Of a stretch of 64,000 nucleotides of DNA, positions 25,201-40,200 are shown one piece after another. Positions within the stretch are counted from its first letter, which is position 1, and each line of letters starts with the position of its first letter. Where the stretch lies: the NCBI GenBank assembly GCA_000934665.2, contig JYFJ02000722.1, positions 1 to 64,000 on the forward strand. The letters are read 5' to 3'. The translations under genes and the position numbers were made by a program. Source of the stretch: Catajapyx aquilonaris. Its lineage: Eukaryota. The notes below the pieces were generated by a model. The model was not told where the DNA came from, did not search any database, and saw only the letters and a program-made list of their open reading frames with translations.

Positions 25201-28200
25201 AATTGGCGGATTTTCTCCTCCTCGGCCCATTACTTGATGTGGCATTGCACTTGTTCCCATGTCAAACTAATATTTTGAAAACTTGACATCCACTTCGCCT
25301 GTACGATTATAGCGTCAAAGATAGCGCTTCGATAAAAAATCGATGCGCGTAAACAACTAAACAAAGACGGTTTCAAAACTGTTATCGCCCCATTTGCGTC
25401 ATGTTCATCAACAATATCCGCAGAGGATTTACGTATCGAAAAGAAAGACACTAGCACGACACGCGACTTCATTTTGGTCCGACCCTGAAGACCGGTCCTA
25501 AAATATAGCATTGATTTCTGTCAAATATTTGAGCAGCCTGAATAAAAAATTGATGTTCGGTCCTGCAGTTGTTTTTACCTATCGAATAATGTACTTCATG
25601 CCCCTGCACATGATCACAAGAAAATTACCACCACCCTAGAGCCCAATGATTGATCTGTTTGCTCCAGCAGTCTGTATGAATCCACAATCGATTCACACCA
25701 TTTTGAATCAAAACTTCAGGTTTCGCCCCAGAAGAGCATCGACATCAATGCATTTTCTACGCTCTAAAACCGGTCCTATCGAATCTGGATTTCCGCCAAG
25801 TTTTCGCACTCTTTCCACCCTTAAAAAAAATAACAAAATACTCCCATAGGTCCCCTTACCGGGTCCTGAGCCACACACGACCCGATGATAATCCCCATCC
25901 CTCAGCAGGGTCCAACCACTGCCACCGACACAACCATCCTCTCAGCACAACCATGGTCTCAACAACCACCCTGTCCCACTCATCATCACAACCCTTGTCA
26001 CTTGGCAAAGACAATCTTTGAACAATCCTGGAGACAATACCCAGGAGTTAGTCACTTCCCATCTACTCAGACCTGAGTGACTAACCCCTGGTATGGCCAG
26101 CAGCACCCACTGTCGACGACCTGCTGCCCTCAGAGTCTTCTCGACAACTCACGTACCACAAAGGCTCACCTGCGCGCGGCGGGTCCTCTTTTGCCTGGTT
26201 TGCAGCGTTGCCCTATCGATCCCTCTAGCTATTCCACCGACACTCCCCCGCACGCCCGACTTTCGAGCCCTCCCACCACCATATTGTTGTGTATGTACCA
26301 TGGGTGCGGGGGAGGGGGACCATAGTGATATAGGTGTCTGATGATGCCGAAGAAAGAAAAAGAGAGGCGGCTTTTTTCACAAATCTGCCCGTCTCCCGGA
26401 AGGATCGGGCCGAGCTGACATCAAAGTATGGGAAACGAGTGAAGGAAAATGGAAGAATTTCAACAAAAATGGGGAAGGAAGGAGAAAGACCTGATTGCAT
26501 GCTCCCAGAGCTTATACTCTTTTTTTTCCAATTCGCTATGAAAGCGGGATGGGATGGAAAAAAGAGGACATAAATCCTTCTAACCAAATAGCACAATAAC
26601 CTTACAGTATAAGCTGAAATTCAATTTTTGAATATTACTTCAGGTGATCTTTAACGTGGTGTGGTGGTCATATTGTTATGCTTTGACCATCCAAGCATCA
26701 GGTCAATGGTTCGATCCAGGTGGCCGATAACTATCTTCTGCCAAATCCCCCTCGACCCGTATAAGATTTGCGCGTCTTTGCCCATTGGCAAATAAAAATG
26801 TCTGGTGCAAGGAGGATAACAGTCCCCAGCGACCATATAAAAAGGACAGTGATTCTCCTGGAATCGGCCTTCCAATACATTTACAGAAAATTACACCAGT
26901 AAAACACACTAAAATAACAATAAGGTGCATGAGAGATGCATTGGGCCAATTATTACGCTTTATGCAGCTTGCTGGCCAAGATTATGAGGCTACTGCGAAT
27001 ACAAGCCGGCTAAAAATATATTATAATAGATTACATGAATATGTGATATTCATGGTGAAAGGAATACTGCGAGCACCTGTATCATTATCCGTGACGCCAT
27101 TCACATGCGCCCTATTTCCAACACCACACCTGCGCCGTAATCATTAGACCAAAAACCCACTGTGGCACACCGTACCCAACGACATCCTCCCCGTAAACAA
27201 TCGACCTTCTGCATAACTCGATCTTCCACATACAGCTGTTGAATCGACTAATCTTCTCTTTCTTAATTGCCTCAAGCATTATGTGACACCGTGAAAACTT
27301 TCTTGGATTCTCTGATTCACAGGATGTCCCCTGAATGTCCACTGAATGTCCATCGTCTCATCCTGTGAATCAGGCTACCCTTGTGCTTCTCTTGCCCACC
27401 GGGAAGAATACACTTCAGGGGCAAAATTCGAGCCCAATGTCATTCAGTATCCCATTCCCCAGGCTGTATTGTTCCGCAATAATGGCCTGCATCTGTGGTT
27501 AAGAGCGGTGCAGGTGAATTATCTCCGGCCAAATGTTAGTACCGCACAAGGCCAATATTACCGTTTCTGCACAGCGATTCAACTCTGTGTAAACCTTGGG
27601 CGTGAGAGTTAATGCTGATGCAGCGTTGACGCCAGCTGTGGACTATCTAGCTGCTCCTGGATACATAGCAAGAGTTTGTTGTTTTTGCTGCCCATGCCGC
27701 AAATTCAGATCCAACAGGAAGTCCGACGGTGGGAAATCCCACACGCGGCCACTGCTGTATAATCGTTTATCTGTTGTTGACTGGACGCTGTCGTTGTCGT
27801 TATTAATTTATGGCAATGTTTTAACCGCCAATTCGACTTGTTTGCAAAATCAGGCGTTAAGTCGGACACGTTTCGTGGTGTATTAAACTGGGCGGTTCCG
27901 AAGAAAAAAACAAATGTGCCAGAAAGTTGTAAATAACACATCATAAGTTTACTGTTCAGCTTGAACTCGACATCATTTTTGTTTATTTCGTCGACAACGC
28001 ATAAAGGACAGCGATGTCTCATATGTTGCATAAAAGTTGCAATAAATTCCGACACGTACACTGTTTGCCAAATTTTAATTAAGGCTGCCAGCTATGTGAC
28101 TCATATGAACCTGAACATGATCAAAAACAGAAAAGTGCATATAAACTTCATAATTACAACCCTTCCCCTGGAAACATAACATAAAAACCGCATTGTGGGT

Positions 28201-31200
28201 GCAGATTCAAGGTGAACTAAGCTCTATCTAGAGCACTGAAACACGGAAGTGTTGCCAGTATACCGGTGATATGATGAAACAAGGCGCATGTTGGGCCCTA
28301 CACCAGCAAATTGATGACGACAGCTTTTTGGCCGGGGTACTGGGTTAAATATGTTCACCTCCGCCTTCCACCATGATATATTACCTGCATGGAGCTACAC
28401 AGTGACTCAGCTGATCCTCCTAATCATTTTTTCCCCTTTTCCCTTCACATCAATCCGACACTACATTGCGCCCAATTCGCAACGGCGCATCCGATGTAAT
28501 ATGTCGGTTCAAAACCTCCTGACATTAATCATAAATCCATCGTTCGGAATAACTTTTGGGTTAATATGGTGCAGTGAACCCATTTTCCGGTCTGGAACAT
28601 TCTTGTCCAAGTTCAAAGGACTGTACACTCACAACGAGGGTCATAACCTCACAAGTCAGCTCAAAGTGCAAGTGGAACTCTGCAAAAAATAATTTAAAAA
28701 AATAACAACCCATTTAATCACTCTGTGGTGACATATGGTGCAATATGGTCTGGAATAAATGCAGTCTGACGAGAACAAATTGACCAAAATTAGCACCTTT
28801 AATCGGACAACTCGTCGAATTACAATCAAAAAAGCCCTAGTGAAAGTTCAACTATTCGCTGGCCTCTCTCCCACAGTTTCGATCGATTCTGATGTAAATA
28901 ACCGATCGCCTCTGACTCCACAATGGCACTGCGGTCTTTTCAGTACCTTCCCTCACCACCTCCATAGACTGTCAGACCCCGTTTTATTCCATCTTTCGAT
29001 TTTCAAAAAAAAACTATTTTAGACTGTACTTTGTAATTTAACCAACCTGCTGGGCCGCTTTGGCTCGTTCCAGGCTGAATCCATGGGGAAATAATGGGCC
29101 TCACATTTTAGACTTGTTAGGAGCACTTTCGATACATATAAACGATGTAATGGCCGCGGTTACGACGTGCATGGCACACCGCGCCCAAAAAAAACCCACG
29201 GCCTCCGCTCTGGTGATTAGTAGCTTGCTTCAAAATCCGCTTTTGTTGCTGCATGTCCGGCAACAATAGTGGTTTTTGAGATATGGCCCGGTTGTACATT
29301 GTGTTACGATGAGTCTCTAGTAGGTTTAACAGTAATGTCGATACAGGAAGTTGAATAAACAATGATGAGAGGTATCATGGTTTATTGCTTCCATAGATAT
29401 AGAGAAATATAGGAGGACCTTAGCCCCGCCCATCTATTTTCTCCGTTCAGGCAGCCAGTCGCAAGTGCCGTTTTCTGTATACAGAACACTTGTGTTATGA
29501 CGAATTCTAGGCACATGTGAAATTACACATGTTGGGGCAATGCCCAAGACCCAAGTGTAACAAGGGATTGTTAACCCCAGCTATACCAGTTGGAACGATC
29601 ATTCACTTGCCGCAATTGTTGCGGAAGTGAACATTTTATTCCTTCACCTACTCCCTCTTGAACCGAGGACTGGAGCAGAGCACCTTGTACAAATTAATTC
29701 ATATAAATTGCCCCAGCCAGTCTGTCCAAGAAGAAAAGGTACAACCATGACTTATTCTCCTCTGCAAGAATGTGACTGTCACGGTGAAGTACTGTTGCGT
29801 GATGCGTCTGCTACAATAATCGGCTCTTGGATACCAGCCAAGTACTTAGCCGCTGCATAAATCCTCAAGATCACTACATCTTGGTGACATGAACTTTCCA
29901 CCAGGGTAAATCCTTCCCCGTTAGAGAGCAGGCACCTGCTCATGAACAGCTCCCCATTCAGACAAGAGTTGATGTCTGTATTACTCCAATAAAGTAACCG
30001 TATTGCAGACAGTCGCTTGGGTTCGTGATGCTTTATGAGTGGAAATTGGAAAGCAAAAAAATCGGCGGAAAAATGTCCTTATCTCCCGGGCACGCTCGTT
30101 TAGAACCGAGCCGGTTCTCTATATTGAATATCATTGCTATTAGAGAGACCCACAAGAGACGGTGCACTTCCATCAGCGTTCTCTTATCAACTGTATAAAG
30201 CGAGCAATGACTCTTCTGAACCCAATGAGCACATGAACATGATATAATATGTAAGCGAATAATCACGGAACTGCTGACATAACCGTACGATGACGAAATG
30301 TCATGCCTTGACAAACATCACATGTCATCTACATAAGACATATCCGCTGGTAACCGAAATGCATAAGGAGCCCTTCGCAAAGTGCAAGTTGCCAGTTGCA
30401 CTTACACTGTAATTTAACCAATCTTCGCCTCATGGTCCATCAAGCTCGCAGCCCTCCCTCGACATCAGTCCTTGACCCGACGGATATTTCACACATCATT
30501 AGACATCCTCAGTGTATGTGCACAAACGCGACGGTTTATGTGCCATAAGCTGTATCTTGCCAGTGGCAATGGTGACGTCCGCCTCAGGCGTCATCCTAGT
30601 AAATAAGAATATCTCTATAAATACACCAAGGCCAGCAGTGCGACGGCTGACTTGCTTGTTCCTTCGATCCTCAAACCGTTCTCATTTTTTTTTCTTTCAC
30701 TTCCACCTTCTCCCCTGCCATTTTTGCTCTCTTCCATTGATTATCCGTCGATTTTTCATCAATCAGTGGTCTGGACACTTCAAAGAGAAAACTGCTGATG
30801 GCGGAAATTTTAAGGAGTGGAAATACTGTACAGGGTGGGTCATGAAGTCGGCCGGATATGTCGGGTCGTTAGGGTTGGGGACTTGAGAGTGCCAATACAC
30901 CAAAATAGATGTTTGAGATGTTCCGCTATATCAGAGTCCAGAATTGCCAGGAAGTTATTATATAAACTGCCAATAAGTATGACGGAGGTTGGCGGAACAG
31001 AAAGGCTCACCTTACCCATTCTGCTGATCGATTGTCAACGTCAAGGAATTCGGATTAGCAGCAGTAGCACATCTGCCAGCCAATAGGTAAAGCTCTCAAT
31101 ATCCTGACCAAGCTAACCCATCATTAAAACACATTCGCGCATTTTTTTTTTAAAGAGAGAGAAAAACCATCATGTTTACAACTAGCAAATGCATTTTTAT

Positions 31201-34200
31201 CAGCATCAATAAATCCATATCTCCCAACCGCATTTACGGCGCAATATCCCAGGAGGTGCAGGAATTTCGACCACCCTGTACTATAACAACCATGCAAAAC
31301 GTGACATTTCAGCAGTCCCCCCCCCAAACAAAAAAAATGTCAATATGTGCCTCTATTTCCGTTCTATTTTTAAATCCACCATGGGTCTATCGATAGTGAA
31401 ATATCGGGAAAATTCCAGTTCGTTACACGGTCTGCCTTTTGCTGCAGGCGATTCCGACTCGTACTGTTTCCTCGTATTTCGCTGACCACTTCCAAGAGCC
31501 CAACCTCGGTAGGGCCCCCGGGTTAATAACCTGCATTCAAGTCTCAGTTAGAAGGCAACAGAAAAAAAGTGTTCAAAGTCGAGGCTGTTCACTTTGCAGA
31601 CCTGCGGATCATTTTTTCGCCTGATTCATTCTCGCAAAAAAAGCGCAAAAATGTCCTAGTCTGCGAATTAGCACCTAAGGTAGAAGAAATTGAGGTGTAG
31701 AAACCGCACGCAACCTAATTACAAGTCGTCAATAATCGCTCAGTCAAAATTAATATGAGCAAACGGTATGATTTCCCAGAGGTGGAATCCATAACTATTA
31801 ACATATTAAAAAGGTTAATCTCCCTCCAAAAAATTCTGTAGTTTTCGGTTACAAATTGCGCAGATGCGGTATTCACACGGTATTCCCTTTGTTCCTTAAT
31901 TCCGCGTAATCTGCATGGGGCTTAACTGAATCAAGATCCTTACCGGCACGTAATTACGCGTCGCCCATACGTACAACCGATAGTAAGCAGACAATAACGT
32001 CGAACACAGGGTCATCACGAGACCTCCCCCAGCAACGTAGTCTGATCGATTGCGACACGCCGTACTTTGCCAACGCACGACCCTTTCCCGTGCATCTACG
32101 GAAATTCACTCACGTGTCCCCCATAAAAAATGGACAACCCACGCACTTTATGATGCCCCGCGCAAATGACTCGGATTCCCATGACGATGGACAACGTGGG
32201 TGTGGTTCACCTAGCGTGTTCCGTGTTATAAACGGGGTCAAGGGCCCTGCTGGGCTGCGGGAACCCATTCCTTCACGGCAAGGACGCAAGAAAAGGTCAA
32301 AGGTCGTACCGCCTTATACATTCGGATTACACACTTCCGCTTTTAATATCAAATATCAGCGACATATATGAGAGCATTTTCCACCTGTGGACGAACAACC
32401 AATTATGTGGGACATGATACATGGTGTCGTTCAAAGTCTAGCTCGAGTCATCTAGTGGAAGTGGAGTTTTAAATTTTCAGAGTGGAAAATGGGACGTCTA
32501 GGGAGCGGTAGGGGTCAGATGTAAATGGTAAATGTGGGATCAATTGACAAAATTAATGGGGTGCAGGAGAGGATGGGCTCGACAAGGTGGATTGAGGGAG
32601 GTCAAGTGAGGTTACGCTTCCAGCATGGGCAGCGACCGTTTTATTTAAAAAAATAATGAATATGGGATTCACTGATATATAGCTCTAAACTTGTTTTTAT
32701 TCCCATAATAGCCTAAATATTAATGCCAGCACGTACAGAATTTACCATATTTTTCCACTACTGTAACCGCAGAAACGGACATGTAGGCCATTTTAGAAGC
32801 AACTGCTGTTGACGTCAATATTTCTGTCGGGGGCTATTCGAAATGGCGCATTCCCTGAATTTGCAAAAGAAATTGATGCCTGACCCCGCACCCAACTTGC
32901 CTAATATTCTCCGGATGACCTTCCCACGGGGAGTTTCAGACGACCCCCGAAGATTAATCTTTTCGTCTCTTCAGTGTAATTACCTACCCACATAAATATC
33001 GGAACATCCCCAGGTCGTCTGGCGTGTCCATCAATGGCTTTGAAATGGTACGTCACGTAATTTCAAATATGGACCACGGACGTTGCACGTAAAAAGCGTC
33101 TCCCATCTACCCACAACGCGTTGGAACCTCCCAACATCAAAATTATTCAGCCCACGTAACGACCTCTACAGAGAGTGAAAAACACGGAATAGTTAGTGAG
33201 TCTAACATTGTACCGAGGACGTATGGGATCTTTTCTTTCCAGTCGCCATTATACGCCAACAAATCTAGTCACTCATCTTAAATGTCACTTTTTTATATAT
33301 AAATACAGAAACAATGTCTAAAGGTCGCAAAGACTCAGCACTAAAATATCGTGGTACAAATGAGTCACAAGGGCACAGATGAGGATAACGCTTTGTATTT
33401 GGCACACCGTGGTTTGTTTCAAATGCGTCATTTTCTCAGCTTAATATGTATATTAACATAATAAAAACGGATCAATTTTTAAGGATGTCATTTATGGGCA
33501 GGCTCTGTATACGTCTGCCTGCCAGGCATTTATTATTGACTTGCGTAGTACGTCAATTAAAGCCATGAAGCAACCAAGCCTTGCCACGTGTCCAGAAGTT
33601 ACAATTGTGGTCTGTACAATTTCGCACCAACAAAGTTATCAAGTACATTTTCCCAAAAATCCCGTTAGAGGAAATAATTCAACTCCGCCGAATAGGCCAG
33701 AAATATTCATACACGTTTCACAATAACTAGAATTGTCAATTTATGACATTACGCTCGACGGGAAAATTCGTTTTATATCTCGACCCTCGTTCCCATGATA
33801 TACACGTGCACCATATTGATAGGACAGCAATCAAATTACTATCGTGAAGCTTGTGGAAAAGAACATTCTCGTCCCTTTTAAAATCAGATTGCATGGCACG
33901 CTACATTCCACTTCTTTACAATACAAACCTGACCGCTTTCAACTGTACCAAATCGTCTGTCAGTAATCCGATGCGGGGAATCGCCGCCAAAACTTCTCAA
34001 GTACACAATAGTTGAGTACTCCCACCTCTTAAAGAAAAGAAAAGCTGCCCCAATTTTGAATGCATCACCCCCCTCCTCCTTGGAAAATAGGTCAGTTGCG
34101 AAGGTCAGCCACAATGCATTTTCGCCCGAAAAATATTTCTGGCACTTCGCGTGCAGACGCCGAACGACGGTCGGGCGATAAACAATCGGAAGTTGGTTCT

Positions 34201-37200
34201 ATCCAAGCGGTGACCGTGACGTCACCAAAAGTGCCTCCCTTGACCTAAGTGGCCCATTCCCCTGGATTGCCTTTTACTGCGACCCACACGCTGGCCAAAG
34301 TAAATGTCGGCGAAGGTGGAGAGGAAATGTAATCCCCCAGAGTTCTATTTCCGCCATTGCGACCTCCACTAACTGGACTAATAGTCGCGACAAGACCCTC
34401 CCCACTGATTTTTTTTTCTAAAAAAAAAAAAAAAGGTCGTGACGTAGTGTTGTCGTCAAAAGAACCACACCTCGACCACATAAATCATTTCCTTACCTTC
34501 TCACGCACTGCAACGTATGCAACGTGTGGGTGTGGCTGTTACTAAAATAGACTAGGAATTCTTGATGCGACCATTAATAAGTATACGAATTTTGAAAAAA
34601 TAATTGAGGCGCTACATTATTATTGCCTGAACCTGCATATCAATAGAACATGATATGGACTTTAGCTTCCAGATAAGCAGTACCCATTACGCAAGTGTTC
34701 GCATATTTATAGCCATATTCTTAGACGTCAGAATAACACAATTTAGATCGTCCCATACATTTCCCCGAGCCATTCTCACCCCCCAAAAAACAAATCCACC
34801 ATTAGTAACTTGGCCATGTAGCCTGGAGAGTGTCGGCGAAAAAGCTTTTTGGCAGTGTAGGCCGCTTTTCCAATCATGACTGTAATCGAATTTTACAAGC
34901 TAAATGGGTCCCCGTTGAAGCCATGGAGTCCCCGTGCCAAACTTTCCGGTCCGGCGTAAAATGTCAACAGGTGAAGCTCCCAAAAGCGTCCTGACATATT
35001 TACTACAACATTGCACTTCCGTCAACACCCATCAGTCCTGAAGCTGGGTGAATCAGCCGGCAAGGGTAGTCAAACCCTTTCAAGGGGAGGGTGCCTATGC
35101 AAGGAAGAGTCGATTCTGTCTCGACACATGGGGAGCCATATGTGCGACCTATTTGCAACACTGCGGTTGAGGGTTAAAACACTCCAGAGCTCTTTACGTC
35201 ACTGTAACCTTGCCGGTTGATGAGTAAATAAATTTCCTCTGCAGAAACTGATTTTTTTTTGGAGGCCCAACGATCCCTTCTCGTTATGCACATTTATGCA
35301 GATGGACAAATCAGCGCCTAGCAAGGGGTCAGAAAAATAGAAAACGTGTCTGCTCTTTTCCCTAGGTTCTGATTCGATTACTGCAATTAGTAAGTTACAT
35401 TGGATGGTTTTTCCCGGATCCTTCTGACATATTTTGTACCTGCTAATAAAGAGTAATGACGCAAACTGTACATTGCCTGCAGGATTGAGGCAATAAAAAA
35501 CGCAGCCGTGGTGTAACTATCGGCAATACAGACTACTCGATTCTCTGTACTTGATGTGCTAATTTGCGCCGTTTCCGTGCCTACTAACATCTTCGAACAT
35601 GCATACGTAGGTGTCACTGACGTGTGCTTGAGCAGTATCGTGTACACAACCTATTACATACCTCACCTGTACAGCCATCAAATCAGATATTAAAGCAACT
35701 TGCTAATGCATGTTTTTGCAATTTTATACTGCCACATGAACGAATCGCACGCTACATGCAGACGAGTGGATAATAATGTGAACTGACAAAAACCGCTTAA
35801 CATGGCCGCAAATTTAGGTCAAAGTGCCACAAAAACATCCTGATACACACTGCATTATATCTCCATCATCTAATCAGTCTGGATGGTTTTACCCAACATG
35901 CAGTATATTATTTTTGCAATCCCAACCTCCAGATAATGCATCGGGGAACACCCTATACAGACAACCCGTATAACTGGAACGGGGCATACAAGGCCACCGA
36001 ATGTTAATATTAATTGCAACATAAATAACCGCTATTGAGAAACGATATTAAGCATTTACGCCCTACTTCGGCACAAAAAGGCCGTGACACTGCTGCCATG
36101 GGTCAAGCACCAGAATAGCTCCGAACAATGTCTGCCTTTCGCCCCCAAAACAATGCACAATGAAACGCCACCACTCTTTCCAGGCTACAGCAACTATTGC
36201 TACCAATCGCACTTGCTATTGTATTCAATTTGAAAAATTAGCCCGGTATCCACGCACTTGCAACATACCAACAACCTGACAATTAACATCCAAAAGAAGA
36301 TAAGTCTGGGTATTACACCCGGTTATAAGATTAGGGCACCCCAATCCGCCAAGCGCTGATGAGCCCCCAAATTAATTTAAAATGAGCGCTTATTGGGTGC
36401 CCAAAAATAATACCAGGGCTGGAAAGACTTGAGGGCTAATGCCCTTGGAAAAGAAAAAGGAGGAAAGGATGGAATCATGCCAGGTAGGCAGCACCTTCAA
36501 CCATCACCATGCATGGATATTACGAACCACCGCCCAATATTGACAGCGTCCATCATCAGCTGTTGACCTTCGTCTTTTGTCAACACTACATTGTTCGACT
36601 GGAGTCAACCGGTCCCAAAAACTACCGTATTCATTGAGCTTTATCCCTGGCGTTAACCCGACTTTATGAGACCAGTTCTTTACGTAACGGGGGGTCAAAA
36701 CGCCGATTCTGTCCAATTATGGCCTGGAACTTTCTGTCGTTGCACCACTTTATGACCCTGTGTGCGAACTGCGAGGTATTGTTCAGGGTAAATACTGCGT
36801 TTTAAAAAAAATGGTCAGTACTGGGGTCAGTAATCGCGATTGCCCCTGAGCTGACTAATCGATAACCCAGCTCAAATGGCAGAAAAATATACTTACATTG
36901 CACGCGCTCTGGTGTGTATCCCCGTTACCCATTACAGTGCAATTCCTCCCAAGCAGACTGCCAGATCGCTAATGGAGATCCGGAGCCAATACTAGGATAG
37001 CAACAAGAACACGGGGTCCTTCCCAAATTGAATTCGAATGCAATTTGGGAGTGGCGAGTGGGCCTGTTTTCACCCGATAAACCGTTTGGAAACCCCCGGT
37101 GGATGATAATCCATAGCAAGCTCTCCCAATAATCCCACCCTCCTACCAGATCCTCCAGGGCTTGGCAGGAGCAAAATAAATCACACTATTCCTGCACGAG

Positions 37201-40200
37201 GTATCCCACTCTCCACGTGACAAAGTGCAATTCCGTTGAGAGCTAACAACAACACCAGCGGGCCTTTTCATTTTCGCCCAAATTATATGCCCAGGCGAAC
37301 CTGGAGGAATTCCGTACCTGTCCCTTATCCTACCACCTCCCATGTAATCTGCATTTTATGACCACCACTGAATCCCAAAGCCATAATGGAAGCTAATTTG
37401 GCAGTGATTTTGGGGGTGTCCTAAAACACTGTCAGTTTTCAACCAAAGCAAATGGTAATAACATTTTTAAGAAGTTAGTACTGCTGCTTTCCCTTGTGTG
37501 TGAGGTAATAAGCTGACGTGACTTGAGCTTCTTTTTAATCTTGAAAGTAGCAGTGTTCACACCCCTTCCCTTTCTGAGAAAACTGGGTCACCTAATTTGA
37601 CTTATCATTAGTAGCGGCTTACTGAGGAGCACTGCTCTGCTTCTGTCATTAGTCTAAGATCATTAGTTTCTTAGCCTTGCCTCTGGAAGAGATTGACTTC
37701 TGTCTAGAAAACCAATAAATACTATAGCGTCGTAGTGCAGGCTGGAAACTCTACAGTGCGCAATAATCAGGAGCATCAGCTCTGTCTTAATTATGAACGG
37801 AATCGTTTCTCTGCCTCTAATAGCGTGAGCAAGGTCTTGCCTGAATGCATCAATCTCTCGGTGCCTTCTGGTATCAGCGGTTTTATCCCCAAGGCTGCAA
37901 CCTTGCAAACAACGTCAAAGTTGCTGGGGAAAAAGCCTCGCCCTCTGCATACAAAACTCTGATCTTTGCTGCACTTATTACTCAGATTTGCATCAGGACC
38001 AATGTGTCGGTATTTTAGAAAGGTAGGAAGGCAGATTGACTTACCATTCAAGGACCAGATGTGTGCCGGGAGTGAGTGGGTGGTGTAGAACCGGCCGAGG
38101 CCAAGGTGGGCGGCTAGCGGACTGTCCAAAATGTGGTCCTCTGGGGAACTTGTGTCGGTCTCAGGTGACTCTGCCAGTTGTAGCGCGGATGCTGGCAGCA
38201 TCAACGGTACTGGCACTGATAATGGCACGCCGTCGTGGTTGGGCCTCGTGTCCGGGACACTGGATGGAGACGACAATATTTTACCCATGTCCAAACACAC
38301 AACAATGACTACAATTTTGAGTAACACTATCACACAATCAGATAAATTATGCCAATTTGTGCCGTCAGGCTTTCAAGCGTGCACTAGGAAAGTTACTTTC
38401 TTATGCACTCATGCAATAATGCTTCCTTGCATATTGCTCATTTCATGCATACAGCACAACTGGTCACTGCCATACTTGTATCCCTTTCCTAATCTGCTAA
38501 AGGTCATACTGTCATGGTATTAGTCATAACTAGATCTCTTGACATCTCAGTTTTCCTAGTACTGTCATTTATTTGTCATTTTCACAACTGCAAACAATGG
38601 CCAATAAATGACTCATCAAAAGGTTACTGCCTCTGACATCTCATCATATGTATCCTCATCTGGATTCTGGAAACAACTGAAGCATGGCATGAACACATGC
38701 AAAAAAAATACTATCTCTCACTACCTGGGTGTACCTGGCAATGCTGGAAAGCAGTTAGTTAGGCTTTCGTCCTGCAACAGCAGAGCTGACTACTTCACCA
38801 AAAACATACATATGTTGTGTATGGTATGTTAACTCATATCAACTATGATGATGATGCAATAAAAATGGGTAAACTGCATAAAAAATATGGTTCTAAAATA
38901 AAACATCTGGTAAAGCTAAGTAGTGCGCAATAGATACAAATATGTAGGCTATGTTCATTAACTGTACGCATATTTTTTTTTAAAATTAAAGAAGTCAACA
39001 ATCAAAACTTATTGCAAAGTAAATCACATGGCACAACCTGACACTTGATTTTATTTCCTGCTCAGAAATAATATTGTAGAATAATGCATACTGGAAGGAA
39101 ATGAATCGCTTATCTTGATCAGAGTCCTTCAACTGTACAATATAGCAATCACTCAACCTAGAAATCAGCTGTTGCAACTCACAATTCAGCACCTGAGATC
39201 TGCATTAATGGCAGCAATGACAGCAATGGCACGCAATCAACACACAAAAGAGGAATGCCAATGTCATTTCCACATACAGAAAAGAGTGACTTGCAATTTG
39301 CTCACACAAAAAAGTAGACTACACTTCAACGTTAGGTGATTCCATACACTCTAGTTCAGTTTCCACTTACAGTTAGTGGGAAAAAGGTTTTCGTCCACTT
39401 ACTAAATGTAAACTGAACAAGAGTGTAGTGACAGGGTACACCATTTGAGCTTCGCTGATTTGCAATATTCCCGAGTATGTCCAACAGACACACGGGTGTA
39501 TTAGGCAGACAATTTTAGAGTAACTTAAGTATTTTATTGCAATCCTTAAAGCACACATTACACCACTTAAATAAGATGGGCTATTTGCCATTTGTAAGTA
39601 CTCCCATTCAAATCTCAGATAGAGGGTTTAGTTGGCTCAAGACTGTGGCCAAGGCTATGCTTGCATGGGCTTCATATACTTTCATCATCCATCACATCAT
39701 TCATATACTTGCAGTTCTCTTGTCAGTACTGCATCCCTGGTGCATTTTAGTGAGGATTGGGTGCAGACAAAGTACATGAAACCTTGGAGAGCAACACTAC
39801 TCCATGTTGCCTATGTACGAGAGCCAACCAGACTGCTGACAGGATGACATCAAAATTGACAGGATGCATCAAAATTGTCATTTTTTTCCTTCCTGTATTG
39901 CATATAGGTACTGTATTAGAAAATTGAAATATAATGTGTTCCAAGTATATGAATTCCTTTAGTTAAAGGAAGTTTCACTCGAAGTTGTTCATTTTTTTTT
40001 AGCTTTTGCACCCCTAACCCGGCAGCAACTGCTACATTCAACTAACGGGGCTCCTGGATAAGGGCACAACAAGCTACACAAAAATAACTACTTCAGGTTA
40101 TATTAGCGATAACTAAAATTGACCCATGAACTTGGGACACCCTGTATAATTGAGAAAGGCGTGGTTGTTAGGTGTGCATTCATCAGTAGTAACATTGGGA

